Below are positions 47,168 to 56,691 of a stretch of 64,000 nucleotides of DNA, piece after piece; the stretch's first letter is position 1, and every line of letters starts with the position of its first letter. Under the pieces are notes generated by a model. It was not told the DNA's origin. It was given only the letters and a program-made list of their open reading frames with translations, and did not search any database. The position numbers were made by a program, and so were the translations under genes. This stretch comes from Myxococcales bacterium (GTDB taxonomy: Bacteria > Myxococcota_A > UBA9042 > JABWCM01 > BTVJ01): positions 128,001-192,000 of the forward strand of contig BTVJ01000004.1 of NCBI GenBank assembly GCA_045863395.1, written 5' to 3'.

Positions 47168-49657
47168 CTACATGGGCGGAGGCGGCGCCCCGATGGGGTC
47201 GTAGGGCGCCGACGCCTCGTACACCTCCTGCGTGACGTAGCCCTTCTTCACGAAGCTGCGGAGGCGGACCTCGACGGCGTCGCGCCACCGCTGTGGGAGG
47301 CTGCCGCGCTTGGCCAGGCCCCACGCCTCCTTCGGAGACGTCTTCAGGTGCATCAGGAAGGCGATCTCCACGGGGGTCAGGCTCCCGACGCCCTTCCTGA
47401 AGTAGTGCTGCGCGGCGTTGGCGATGCCGTAGAGCTTGGTGCCGTACTCGATGCAGTTCAGGTACAGCTCCATGATGCGCCCCTTGTCCAGCGCGCGCTC
47501 CATGGCGACGACGATAACGGCCTCCTCCAGCTTGCGGGCGAGGGTCTTGTCCCGGTGCAGGAACAGGTTCTTCACGAGCTGCTGGCTGATGCTGCTGCCT
47601 CCATAGGCATAGCGCCTCTTGGTGAGGTTCAGGCGGAGCGCCCCCTCGATGGCAGAGCGGCTGAAGCCCTTGTGGACGTAGTGGGCGCCGTCCTCCGTCA
47701 GCAAGGGGCCGGCGCGCAGGAGCTCCGGCATGGCGCCAATGGAGAGGTAACCCGGGACCGCCGGCCCCACGAACACGCCAATGGGGCCCTTGCCCTCGTC
47801 GACCTCCAGCTTGAAGCGACCGCTGATGAGCTTCAGGCGCTTCTGGACGTCCTTGGGCAGCTTCAGGATGCGGCAGTCGTCCCACCCGCCCTCGGTGACC
47901 AGCCGCAGCCCCGCGGGGCGGTCGGGGTCCAGGTCCAGGATCTCGATGCGCCCGCCGAGCGTGCCCGCGACCTTCAGGTCGTCGGCCATGGACGGCAGCA
48001 TCCCCCGCGGCACGGACGCGACGACCTTGGCGCAGTCCTGCTCGGGGATGTCGAAGACCACGTCATAGAGCGGCTTCGTGTCGAGCCTGCGGCCCTTGAC
48101 GAGGACGCGCGCGCGCCCGCCCTCGGCGCCGGTCAGGTCCACGGAGACCTCGGCGGTCTTGCCGTCCTCCGGGAGCGAGATCTGGGGCGCCACGGTCACG
48201 CCATCGAGCACGACGGGGAGAGGCGAGATGCGCTTGCTCTCCAGCGTCACTCCACGGAGCGTGACGGCGCCCCGAGGGAGCCTGTCGCCACGCTGCCATG
48301 TCGCGGTGACGTCCGCCGTGCCCGCGCCGGTGAAGAGAGGGCTCGCCCGGTCACGGAGCCAGCGGCCCACGGGCAGCCCCTCGGCCGTGACGGAGAGGGC
48401 GCGAGGCGCGAGCCCCTCCAGGGCGACGTCCCACGTGATGGGCAGCTCGGGGAGGCCCTCCACCCGCGCGGTGGCGCGCCCGGTGGTCGCCGTCCGCGAG
48501 GGCGACAGGGCCGCGCTCACCCCCTCCAGCGCGCCGAGCTCCTCCCCCCGGGGTCCGCGGACGGTCAGCCGTCCGTCTCGGACCCGCAGCGCCGTGGCGA
48601 GACCGCGCGCGGCCCCGAGCGGCGGGCGGCCCTCGGGATCGCCAGGCGGGGCGCCGACCAACCCTCCGAACGCCTTTGGTGCGCCCGAGCCGCCGCGAGC
48701 CACCGCCTTCGCCCAGCCGAGCAGCTCGTCCCGGCCGACGGGGAGTTCCACCTCCACGACCGGCGCGACCAGCTCCACCTCACCCAGGTCGGCCAGGGAC
48801 CGGGGCAACCCGGTGAGGCCCTCCCGCGGGCGGACGACGACGCGATCACAGCGCGCAGATCCACGCGCACCGCCCTTCTCGACGGGGAGCAGGCGCAGGC
48901 CGCGGAGCTCGAGGGTGCCATCCGCGGCGAGCGCGACACCGGCGACCGAAGCCGGCAACCCCGGCAGCGGGATCGGGGGCTCGACGGTCACCTCACCGCT
49001 CGGCACGCCCCCGTCCAGGCGCCCCGAAGCCTGCACGTCAGCGGTGCCGCCCAGGCGTCCCCGGGCCTCGACGACGAGGCCGCCGCGGGGGCGGGTCAGC
49101 GTGACGCTCAGGTGCTCGACGAGCGGCCGCTCCCCGACGCGAATGGTCCCATCCAGCACGGTCACCCGCAGGTCCTCGAGGCCACCGCCGCCCCCCCCTC
49201 CGGTGCCGCGCGACCGGGGCCTCAGCGCCGCCACCCTGCGCTGGAGCTCGTCGAGCGCGTCGCGGGCGTCGGGCGGCAGGGCGTCGAGCTGCACGACGAG
49301 CCCGTCCACCCGCACCTCGTCGAGGCGCCGCTCGCCGGCGAGCAGCGCCTCCACGGCGAGGCGCGTCGAGACCTGCGCCACCGCGACGGAGACACCGGCG
49401 CCCGCGGGCGCGTCGATGCGCACGTCCCGCATCTGGATGCGCCCGAGGAGCCCCACCTCCACCGCCTCGATGTGCACCGACAGCCCGGTCCGGTCCGCGA
49501 TGGCCCCGAGCCGCGCGCTCAGCTCCGCCCGAGCCAGGTGCGGGAGCCCGGCCAGCAGGGCACCAGCGGCGGCGCCCAGCAGCAGCCCGGCGAGCGCCCA
49601 CACCCACCACCACCGAGGGACGGGACCGGGGCGCCGTTTGTTGGGAGGGGTCGACAC
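47168..49657 (-). CDS. Peptidoglycan transglycosylase (GT51) with long N-terminal region
   Basis: ED...HKG, GGSSISQQLVKNLFL, RKLEE, KGRIMELYLN; N-terminal TM segment. Start uncertain. Confidence 0.85.
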   Translation of the reverse strand: MSTPPNKRRPGPVPRWWWVWALAGLLLGAAAGALLAGLPHLARAELSARLGAIADRTGLSVHIEAVEVGLLGRIQMRDVRIDAPAGAGVSVAVAQVSTRLAVEALLAGERRLDEVRVDGLVVQLDALPPDARDALDELQRRVAALRPRSRGTGGGGGGGLEDLRVTVLDGTIRVGERPLVEHLSVTLTRPRGGLVVEARGRLGGTADVQASGRLDGGVPSGEVTVEPPIPLPGLPASVAGVALAADGTLELRGLRLLPVEKGGARGSARCDRVVVRPREGLTGLPRSLADLGEVELVAPVVEVELPVGRDELLGWAKAVARGGSGAPKAFGGLVGAPPGDPEGRPPLGAARGLATALRVRDGRLTVRGPRGEELGALEGVSAALSPSRTATTGRATARVEGLPELPITWDVALEGLAPRALSVTAEGLPVGRWLRDRASPLFTGAGTADVTATWQRGDRLPRGAVTLRGVTLESKRISPLPVVLDGVTVAPQISLPEDGKTAEVSVDLTGAEGGRARVLVKGRRLDTKPLYDVVFDIPEQDCAKVVASVPRGMLPSMADDLKVAGTLGGRIEILDLDPDRPAGLRLVTEGGWDDCRILKLPKDVQKRLKLISGRFKLEVDEGKGPIGVFVGPAVPGYLSIGAMPELLRAGPLLTEDGAHYVHKGFSRSAIEGALRLNLTKRRYAYGGSSISQQLVKNLFLHRDKTLARKLEEAVIVVAMERALDKGRIMELYLNCIEYGTKLYGIANAAQHYFRKGVGSLTPVEIAFLMHLKTSPKEAWGLAKRGSLPQRWRDAVEVRLRSFVKKGYVTQEVYEASAPYDPIGAPPPPM

Positions 49658-49876
49658 GGCGGCGCAGTCTACACGGAATCCGGCGACGCGGCGAGTTGGC
49701 GCGCGGGACCGCGCTGGGGGTGCCCGACGCTCTCCGCGAGACGACTTCGGGGCGCGGGATCGGCGCCAACCGAGGTCCCCGTAGGCGTCGCTGGAGTTGG
49801 CCGCCGCACTGGGCGCGGGAGCCCCACTCACCGCGTCAAGGCCGCCCGGCAGCCAGCGCCCGCCACGGGAGGTCGG

Positions 49877-52222
49877 CTACGGGTTGCATGCGCAGGCTCC
49901 CGAGTCGATGCTGCTCGGCACGCAGTAGCCCCCCTTGATGGGGCAGGGCACCGAGCAGCTCTTCGGCACGCCGATGCAGGACCCGCCGATGCACCAGTCG
50001 AAGTCGGTGCATCCGTCGCCATCGCTGCACCAGAAGTCACCGTTCGCGTGCTTGCATGCCCCTTGATCGCACCAGTCGGTCGTGCAGGGGTTGCCGTCGT
50101 CACAGACCACGCTCTTCCCGCCACACTCGCCATCGCTGCACATGTCGTCCGAGGTGCACGGCTGCCCATCGTCGCACGGTCCACCCGAGGGCGGGTGGAT
50201 ACATCCCTTCTCCGGAGAGCAGGAGTCGTCGGTGCACGGGTTGCCGTCGTGGCAGGTGACCGCGCCACCGCCCGCGCAGACGCCGCCCGTGCACGCATCG
50301 CTTTTGGTACACGCGTCCCCGTCGTCACACGAGCCCCCTTTGAACGCGTGCTTGCACCCGTAGTCGCACCAGTCGTCGGTGCAGGGGTTGGCGTCGTCGC
50401 ACGAGTCAGGGTCCGTGCCAACGCATCCGCCGCCGTTGCACTGGTCGGTCTGGGTGCACGCGTTCCCGTCGTCGCAGGGCCCGGCGGCCGCCACGTGGGA
50501 GCAACCTCCATCTTTGATACAGGTGTCCGTCGTGCAGGGGTTCCCGTCGTCGCAGAGCTGGACGGTGGTCGCGGTGCACTTCCCTCCCGCACACGAGTCG
50601 TTCATCGTGCAGGGGTCTCCGTCGGAGCAGGCGCCGGCGACCGGCGAGTGGAGGCACCCGCCGATCATGTCGCAGAGATCGCTCGTGCAGACGTTGCCGT
50701 CGTCACAGGTCAGGGTCGCGCCGCCGACGCACACGCCGGTGATGCACGTGTCGCCGAACGTGCAGGCGTCGCCGTCGCTGCAGAGCGCCCCTTTGGGGGC
50801 GTGAACGCAGCCGGTCGCGGGGTCGCACGAATCATCCGTGCATGGGTTGCCATCATCGCAGGGGGTGACCACACCGGCGCACGCGCCGTCGACGCACGTG
50901 TCGCCCTGCGTGCAGGCGTCTCCGTCGGAGCAGGGGCCCGCAACGGGCAGGTGCGTACACCCCGACGAGCCGTCGCACCCGTCGAGGGTGCAACCGCTGC
51001 CGTCGTCACAGAAGAAGGCCGCTCCCTCGCAGGCGCCGCTCACGCAGACGTCCCCCGTGGTGCAGGGGTCGCCGTCGGTGCAAGGCAGCCCTGTCAAAGG
51101 CGTGGCGACGCAGGCGCCATCCGAGGGGTCGCACGCGACCGCCGTGCAGGGATCGCTCGCCGCCGGGCACACCACCTTGCTGCCCGGCACGATGCCACAC
51201 TGGCCGTCGAGACACGAGAGCAGGCCGTTGCAGGGGTTGCCCTCGCCGATCACCGCGCAGTCGTCGTCACCCGTGCACGGGCACCCTCCCACGCCGCTGC
51301 ACACCCCGCCCGCGCACTGATCGTCGTCGGTGCACGGGTTGCCGTCGTCGCAGGGGCCCTCCGAGACCAGGGCGTAGCAGCCTATGAGCGGGTCGCAGGC
51401 GTACGCGGTGCACTCCTCGCCGTCGTCGCACGGGACGGACGGGCCGCCCTGGCACACGCCCGCCAGGCACGTGTCGAAGGCGGTACAGGCGTCGCCGTCC
51501 TCGCAGGCCGGGCCGGTCGCGGCGTAGTGCTCGCAGCCGGCACTGCCGCACAGATCTGCGGTGCAGGGGTCGCCATCGTCGCAGTCGAGGTCTGGAAGAC
51601 ATGGCCCGGCGTCCGCGTCGTCGACGCCTCTTGCGTCGCTCCCGGCATCGCCACCCCCGTCCCCGTCCGAGTCACCAGCACCGTCAGAGCTGTCCGGGAG
51701 CGCCGTATCCGCGATGGCATCGGCGCCGGGGGGCGCGTCCGGCCCGGCATCGGGCACCGCGACGTCCCCGGCCACGTCGGAGACACTGAGGCCCACGTCG
51801 GGTCCACCCGTCGTCGCGTCCGTCCCCTGGATTCCGCCCACGTCCCCGCCCAGCCCATCGAAGGCGGCGTCGGCCGCGCCGAGCGACTCTGCGGGGACGC
51901 ACACGCCGACGGCCTCACCGGCCCGCTCGCAGCGCCAGCCCGGACCGCAGGAGGAGTCGACCTCGCAGGCATAGAGCTGGCCATCGACGACGACCGCGGA
52001 GCACCTCACCAGCGAGGCGAACGCCAGGACCAACGCCAGGACACCCCGGCTCATGGGGGTGACGAGCCGCGCGCCCGTGCGGCAGCGAGGCGGGTCGGAG
52101 CGCAGCGCCGCCGGAGGCGAGTCTCCGTCGCGTCCCGACCTGCCGACGTCGAGAGGCGGCCAGAGCAGTACACGGCAGGCCCGGGCAAGTCGGGTGGGGC
52201 CCGCGCCTGTCCCGCGGCCCAT
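49877..52222 (-). CDS. Cys-rich CDDGNPCTxDxC repeat protein (Dictyostelium-repeat-like), exported
   Basis: About 20 C-D/S-DG-x-x-C-T-x-D-x-C units. Start is either 52222 (TGATG coupling) or ATG 52054 just before the hydrophobic signal. Confidence 0.85.
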   Translation of the reverse strand: MGRGTGAGPTRLARACRVLLWPPLDVGRSGRDGDSPPAALRSDPPRCRTGARLVTPMSRGVLALVLAFASLVRCSAVVVDGQLYACEVDSSCGPGWRCERAGEAVGVCVPAESLGAADAAFDGLGGDVGGIQGTDATTGGPDVGLSVSDVAGDVAVPDAGPDAPPGADAIADTALPDSSDGAGDSDGDGGGDAGSDARGVDDADAGPCLPDLDCDDGDPCTADLCGSAGCEHYAATGPACEDGDACTAFDTCLAGVCQGGPSVPCDDGEECTAYACDPLIGCYALVSEGPCDDGNPCTDDDQCAGGVCSGVGGCPCTGDDDCAVIGEGNPCNGLLSCLDGQCGIVPGSKVVCPAASDPCTAVACDPSDGACVATPLTGLPCTDGDPCTTGDVCVSGACEGAAFFCDDGSGCTLDGCDGSSGCTHLPVAGPCSDGDACTQGDTCVDGACAGVVTPCDDGNPCTDDSCDPATGCVHAPKGALCSDGDACTFGDTCITGVCVGGATLTCDDGNVCTSDLCDMIGGCLHSPVAGACSDGDPCTMNDSCAGGKCTATTVQLCDDGNPCTTDTCIKDGGCSHVAAAGPCDDGNACTQTDQCNGGGCVGTDPDSCDDANPCTDDWCDYGCKHAFKGGSCDDGDACTKSDACTGGVCAGGGAVTCHDGNPCTDDSCSPEKGCIHPPSGGPCDDGQPCTSDDMCSDGECGGKSVVCDDGNPCTTDWCDQGACKHANGDFWCSDGDGCTDFDWCIGGSCIGVPKSCSVPCPIKGGYCVPSSIDSGACACNP

Positions 52223-53166
52223 CAGAACCTCCCGCCGAGCGCCACGCCGCCTGGCCAGACCAGGGGCGCGAGGGCCGTGGGGGCGTCGTCTGCAGAGGCG
52301 TCTAGGACGAACAGGATGATCGACGTCGCCAGCGCTCCGCCGCCGACCGCCAGCAGGGCGACGCCTGCGTCGGACTTCGCGGCGGCCGAGTCGGCCAGGT
52401 CGAGCGCCTCCGCCCGGCCCACGCTGATCACTCTCCCCGCGGCGTCCAGTTGGGGGTCCTCGACGGCGGCCGCGTCGGCACGGCCGAGGGCCAGCAGGGT
52501 CCCTCCTCCGGCGGCGAGGGCGACCCCGGCACCGAGCGTCGCCCAGGCCCAGACGCCGAGATCGTCACCGCGAGGGGGCGGCAGGGCCACGCTCGCGAGG
52601 TTGAGCGCGACGTCGAGCGTGATCGCGTCGCCCGAGGGCACGTCCGCCGAGACGGTCGCGGGCTCGCGGCCCGGAGCCTCCACCGTGACGCTGATCCTCC
52701 CGGCCGGGACCGGCACCCGCTCGGCCGGAAGGGCCACCGACTCGGCCCCGTCGATGCGCGCGGCTGCACCCGCTGCGTCGGCGCTGATCGAGAGCCAGCC
52801 GTGACCGAGGGCGGCCTTCACAGCGGCGAGGCGCTCGGCGGCCTGGACCCGATCCGCCTCCGGAGGGTCGGTCGCCAGAAAGAGTTGGTAGGCGTCGATG
52901 GCCTCGGCGAGGTTTCCCGCCTTCTCCTCCGCGCGCCCGAGGTTCCAGTACAGCTCCCGCTCTGGCTGCACTGCGATGACCCGCCGCAGGAGCGCGGCGG
53001 CCCGCGCGTAGTCTCCCTGGCCATAGGCCTCGCGCGCGTCCCGATAGAGGGCGGCGGCTTCCTCCTTCGTGGCGGGCTCACCGGGCGCCTGGGCCGCGGC
53101 AGACGCTCCGCCGAGCAGCGTGACCGCGACGAGCACGGCGGTGACGGAGTTTGGCTTCGGGTTCAT
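52222..53166 (-). CDS. TPR + PEGA domain protein
   Basis: GGAGG RBS; signal peptide; TPR (LYWNLGRAEEK...AIDAYQLFL); PEGA-like (GAAARIDG...VPAG..SVTVEAPG); hydrophobic C-terminus ending GGRF. Confidence 0.85.
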   Translation of the reverse strand: MNPKPNSVTAVLVAVTLLGGASAAAQAPGEPATKEEAAALYRDAREAYGQGDYARAAALLRRVIAVQPERELYWNLGRAEEKAGNLAEAIDAYQLFLATDPPEADRVQAAERLAAVKAALGHGWLSISADAAGAAARIDGAESVALPAERVPVPAGRISVTVEAPGREPATVSADVPSGDAITLDVALNLASVALPPPRGDDLGVWAWATLGAGVALAAGGGTLLALGRADAAAVEDPQLDAAGRVISVGRAEALDLADSAAAKSDAGVALLAVGGGALATSIILFVLDASADDAPTALAPLVWPGGVALGGRF

Positions 53167-53379
53167 GACAGGCCTCCCCTCCCCGCGCGGGGAGGACTGC
53201 GCCGCGGGAGCGACGAACGTGCGGCGAACCAGGGATCCAGCGGGGCGCCTTACGCGAAGCGGAATGCTAGCAGACGACGCCGCGCTTGCCCAAGCGGTTG
53301 ACACGGAGGCGAGAGAGTTCCTGCCAACGGGACGGTTACACGGGGCCCCCGCGGCAACCGCTGCCCGGCGGAGTCACGA

Positions 53380-54132
53380 TCACCGTGGCGTGGCCACGAC
53401 GAGCCGCAGCCCGGCGTCGTACTCGTCCAGCGAACGAAGCGCGCCATTGCGGCGGTCCCAGGTGCCGTCGGCCAGGTCCCGGGAGACCTCCCGGACGACC
53501 CGCTCGACGACCTCAGGGGGCATCCTGGCGAACCCGGAGGTGGCGGCCCGCGCCTCGGGGTCCAGCACCCGCTCCGGGTGGGCCCAGAAGGAGCCGAGCA
53601 TCCAGTCGGGCGTGTCACGGGGGATGGGCAGCACGTCGACGGACACCGCTCCCCCCAACCACTCACCCAGGGTCTCGGGGGGCGGGAAGATGGCCAGGTC
53701 CAGCTCCGCGACCTCGGGCAGGTAGTCCCGCTTGAGCCACATGGTGGCGCTGACCCGCGCGTCATACGTCACGATGACCACGGGACCACGCGCCACGCGC
53801 CGCAGCTCGCGCACCCCACGCTCGCGCTCTCCGTCCCAGTGGTGCAGGCTCAGGATGGTCATCGCGGCGTCCACGCTCGCGTCCCGCAGCGGCAGGCTCC
53901 CCGCCGACGCGCGGATGGCCGGCGAGCGCCACGAGGGCCGCTGCGCCGCCATCACGTCGCTGGGCTCGACCGCGATCACGTACCGGTCGGTCGGCTCGTA
54001 GGACCCCGCCCCGGCCCCGACGTTGACGACCGTGCGCGCGTCCCCGAGCGCCCGCAGGATGCGGTCCCGAAAGCGCGGGTCCTCCCGCCGGGTCCGCGCA
54101 TAGCCCCCGCCGATCTGATCGTAGCGCTCCAT
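53380..54132 (-). CDS. Class I SAM-dependent methyltransferase
   Basis: VNVGAGAGSY, AVEPS, LPLRDASVDAA, LHHW. Confidence 0.9.
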   Translation of the reverse strand: MERYDQIGGGYARTRREDPRFRDRILRALGDARTVVNVGAGAGSYEPTDRYVIAVEPSDVMAAQRPSWRSPAIRASAGSLPLRDASVDAAMTILSLHHWDGERERGVRELRRVARGPVVIVTYDARVSATMWLKRDYLPEVAELDLAIFPPPETLGEWLGGAVSVDVLPIPRDTPDWMLGSFWAHPERVLDPEARAATSGFARMPPEVVERVVREVSRDLADGTWDRRNGALRSLDEYDAGLRLVVATPR

Positions 54133-54432
54133 CCGCCCTCCAGGGCAGCCATCCTACCGCCGGGCGGGGACCGCGCGCCAGCACCATGCGGGCGCCGGAG
54201 TCGCGCCGATGTGTGCAGGTCCTTGCCGATCGGCGCGGGTGGTCGGCTCGTGGCCCTTTGGGCGCGCGCGGATGGAGTACTCTGTCCGATGGCCGCCTCG
54301 GCGTGTGGCCGCCGCCGGCAGCCAGAGGCCCCCAGGGAGACGTGGCCCGGCGCTCCCGGCGCTCTGACCGTCGGGCGCGCGGGTCGGGGCCGTCGCACGG
54401 AGCTGCCGCCACCCTTGCGCCAGGAGCAACCG

Positions 54433-55041
54433 ATGCCCCGAGACCCACGCCTCACCGACGCCCAGGCCCGCATCGACGCCGCCAACGCCGAGGACCCGAC
54501 CCTCACCGACACACCCGGCGGGCCCGTCCCCTCCGAGCTGCTGTACGCGCGGCGCATGACCGAGTGGCTCCTGCGGCTCGTCCCCGAGCCCTCGGATGAG
54601 CTGCTCCTGGCCGTTCGGGCCCAGCACCTGCGGCGCTGGGAGGTGCCCCGGTCCGGCTACCCCGACGGGCGGGAGGGCTACCGGCGGTGGCGCACGGACC
54701 AGGGGAAGCGCCACGCCGCGCTGGCGACCGAGCTGCTCGTCGCGGCGGGCTACGACGACGCCTTCACTGCGCGCGTCTCGGCGCTCATCCGCAAGAAGGC
54801 GTTCAAGACGGACCCGGAGGCCCAGGCGCTGGAGGACGCCGCCTGCCTGGTGTTCCTCGAGTTCGTCCTGCCCACGTTCCGCCTGGGGCGCGACGACGCC
54901 TCCCTGCTCCCCATCCTGCGCAAGACGTGGGCGAAGATGTCCCCCGGCGCCCACGCCTTTGCCCTCAGCCTCCCGCTGTCACCTGCCGATAGGGACCTCG
55001 TCGCGCGTGCCCTGAAGCCACCGGAGCCCGACGAGGACTGA
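54433..55041 (+). CDS. DUF4202-like protein
   Basis: AGGAG RBS; IDAANAEDP, ELLYARRM, RAQHLRRW, LEDAACLVFL, KTWAKMS. Confidence 0.85.
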   Translation: MPRDPRLTDAQARIDAANAEDPTLTDTPGGPVPSELLYARRMTEWLLRLVPEPSDELLLAVRAQHLRRWEVPRSGYPDGREGYRRWRTDQGKRHAALATELLVAAGYDDAFTARVSALIRKKAFKTDPEAQALEDAACLVFLEFVLPTFRLGRDDASLLPILRKTWAKMSPGAHAFALSLPLSPADRDLVARALKPPEPDED

Positions 55042-55047
55042 CCGCCC

Positions 55048-56586
55048 ATGCCGCTCTCGCCCCGCACACGAGGCCGCCTCCTCTGGTCGGTGATCGTGCT
55101 CGGGGCCGTCTACAGGGCCTGGGGCTTCTGGGAGCCGAGCCTGTGGGTGGACGAGTTCGTCACCGAGTGGATCCTGCGGGGCGCGACCCTCGGCGAGGTC
55201 ACCGAGCGCGCCCGCTACGCCTACATGCCTCCCCTCTACTTCTGGATCTGCAAGCCCTTCGTGGAGGTCCTGGGCATCTCCGCCCTCTCCGTCCGCCTCC
55301 CGGCGGTGATCTTCGGTACGCTGGGGCTCGTGACGCTGCACCGCCTGGTGCGCCTGACCTGCGGCGCGCGCATCGCCTTCGCCGCCGTCGCCATCGCCGC
55401 CGCCCACCCGGAGGCGCTCTGGTACTCGCAGGAGGCGCGGGTCTACTCCTTCGGCATGATGGTGGCCCCGTTGGCCATCGAGGCCGCCTGGACCGCGTCG
55501 TTGACCGGGCGCCGAGGCCCGCTCGTTCGCTACGTGCTCTCCTCGGCTGCGCTGCTCTGGGCTCACCACCTGTTCGCGCCGATCATCGCCGCCCTCGCCG
55601 CCTGGCTGCTGTGGCGCTCCCGCACGGGGGGGCTGGTGGCACCCCGGCGGTGGCTCGCTGCCCACGCCGCCATCGCCGCCCTGTGCGCCCTTCCCGCCTG
55701 GTGGGCCCTGTCCACCGTCGCTGCCGGGCGGATCCCCGAGGCGACGCGCGGCCCCGCCACGCTCGAGAGCCTCGCCGCCGGCTGGCGCCTGCCCGAGCTG
55801 GCGGTGCTCCTGCTCCTGGGCGCGCTGGCCGGCGTCGTCGCGACGCGGCTCCCTCCCGGCCGGAGCCTCGAACCGCCATCGCCCCCCGTCGCCGCCGCGG
55901 GCCTGTTCGCGCTGCTCCTGTTGGCCGTGCCCGCGGCCCAGACGGCGCTCGGCGTCGCCCTCGACCGCCCCTTCTACATGGTCCGGTACCGCATGCCGGT
56001 GGCCATGCTCATCGCGCCCCTGCTGGCGTGGCTGGTCCTCGCCGTCCTGCCGCTCCGCCGCCCGGCGGTTGCCATGGGGACCATCGCCGTCCTGCTGCAC
56101 CTGGTCTTCCCGGTGCGCATGCTCCTCACGAGCGGCCAGGCCTCCTACCACCAGGCGGACACGCGGTGGGACGACGTCCTCGCGCGCGTCGAGTCAGAGT
56201 GGCGCCCCGGCACCGTCGTGCTCTTCCAGAACCCCCTCCAGGAGTGGGTGCTCGTGGACGAGCGGGTGGACCCCGCGCTGGAGGGCCTGCTCCTGTCGCC
56301 GCTTCACAGCCACTACGTGCGCGCGCCCATGGACAGGAGCTTCGCGCTGCCGCCGCGGGGGGAGCGCCTCAGCCGCGTCGTCGATGCGCGCCTCGCGGCG
56401 ACGGACCCGGATCGCGTCATCGTGGTCGCATGGACACCCGACGCGCAGCCCCCACCCGTCCCGTCCCACCCCGGCTGGACGCGGCGCTCCGAGCAGATCT
56501 GGAACGCGACGGTCACCGTCGCCGAGCGCCAGGAGCTCGCGACCGCTCCCCAAAGCAAGCACCACCAGGGCCTCGCGGTCCGCTGA
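55048..56586 (+). CDS. GT-C (GT39/PMT-like) membrane glycosyltransferase
   Basis: SLWVDE, PPLYF, RLPAVIFG, YSQEARVY; many TM helices. Confidence 0.85.
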   Translation: MPLSPRTRGRLLWSVIVLGAVYRAWGFWEPSLWVDEFVTEWILRGATLGEVTERARYAYMPPLYFWICKPFVEVLGISALSVRLPAVIFGTLGLVTLHRLVRLTCGARIAFAAVAIAAAHPEALWYSQEARVYSFGMMVAPLAIEAAWTASLTGRRGPLVRYVLSSAALLWAHHLFAPIIAALAAWLLWRSRTGGLVAPRRWLAAHAAIAALCALPAWWALSTVAAGRIPEATRGPATLESLAAGWRLPELAVLLLLGALAGVVATRLPPGRSLEPPSPPVAAAGLFALLLLAVPAAQTALGVALDRPFYMVRYRMPVAMLIAPLLAWLVLAVLPLRRPAVAMGTIAVLLHLVFPVRMLLTSGQASYHQADTRWDDVLARVESEWRPGTVVLFQNPLQEWVLVDERVDPALEGLLLSPLHSHYVRAPMDRSFALPPRGERLSRVVDARLAATDPDRVIVVAWTPDAQPPPVPSHPGWTRRSEQIWNATVTVAERQELATAPQSKHHQGLAVR

Positions 56587-56691
56587 TCTCCCCTCGACGC
56601 CTCGACACATCGGGCGCACAATCGTCGACGACCGGACCCGCGGTCGTGAACGGACCGCCGGGGGCGACCCAGACGAGGAGGAGGTGCCAGG

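Noticed and set aside
46439..52804. 2121-aa plus-strand ORF
   Set aside because: Antisense to several genes with clear family motifs; no motifs of its own; explained by codon bias.
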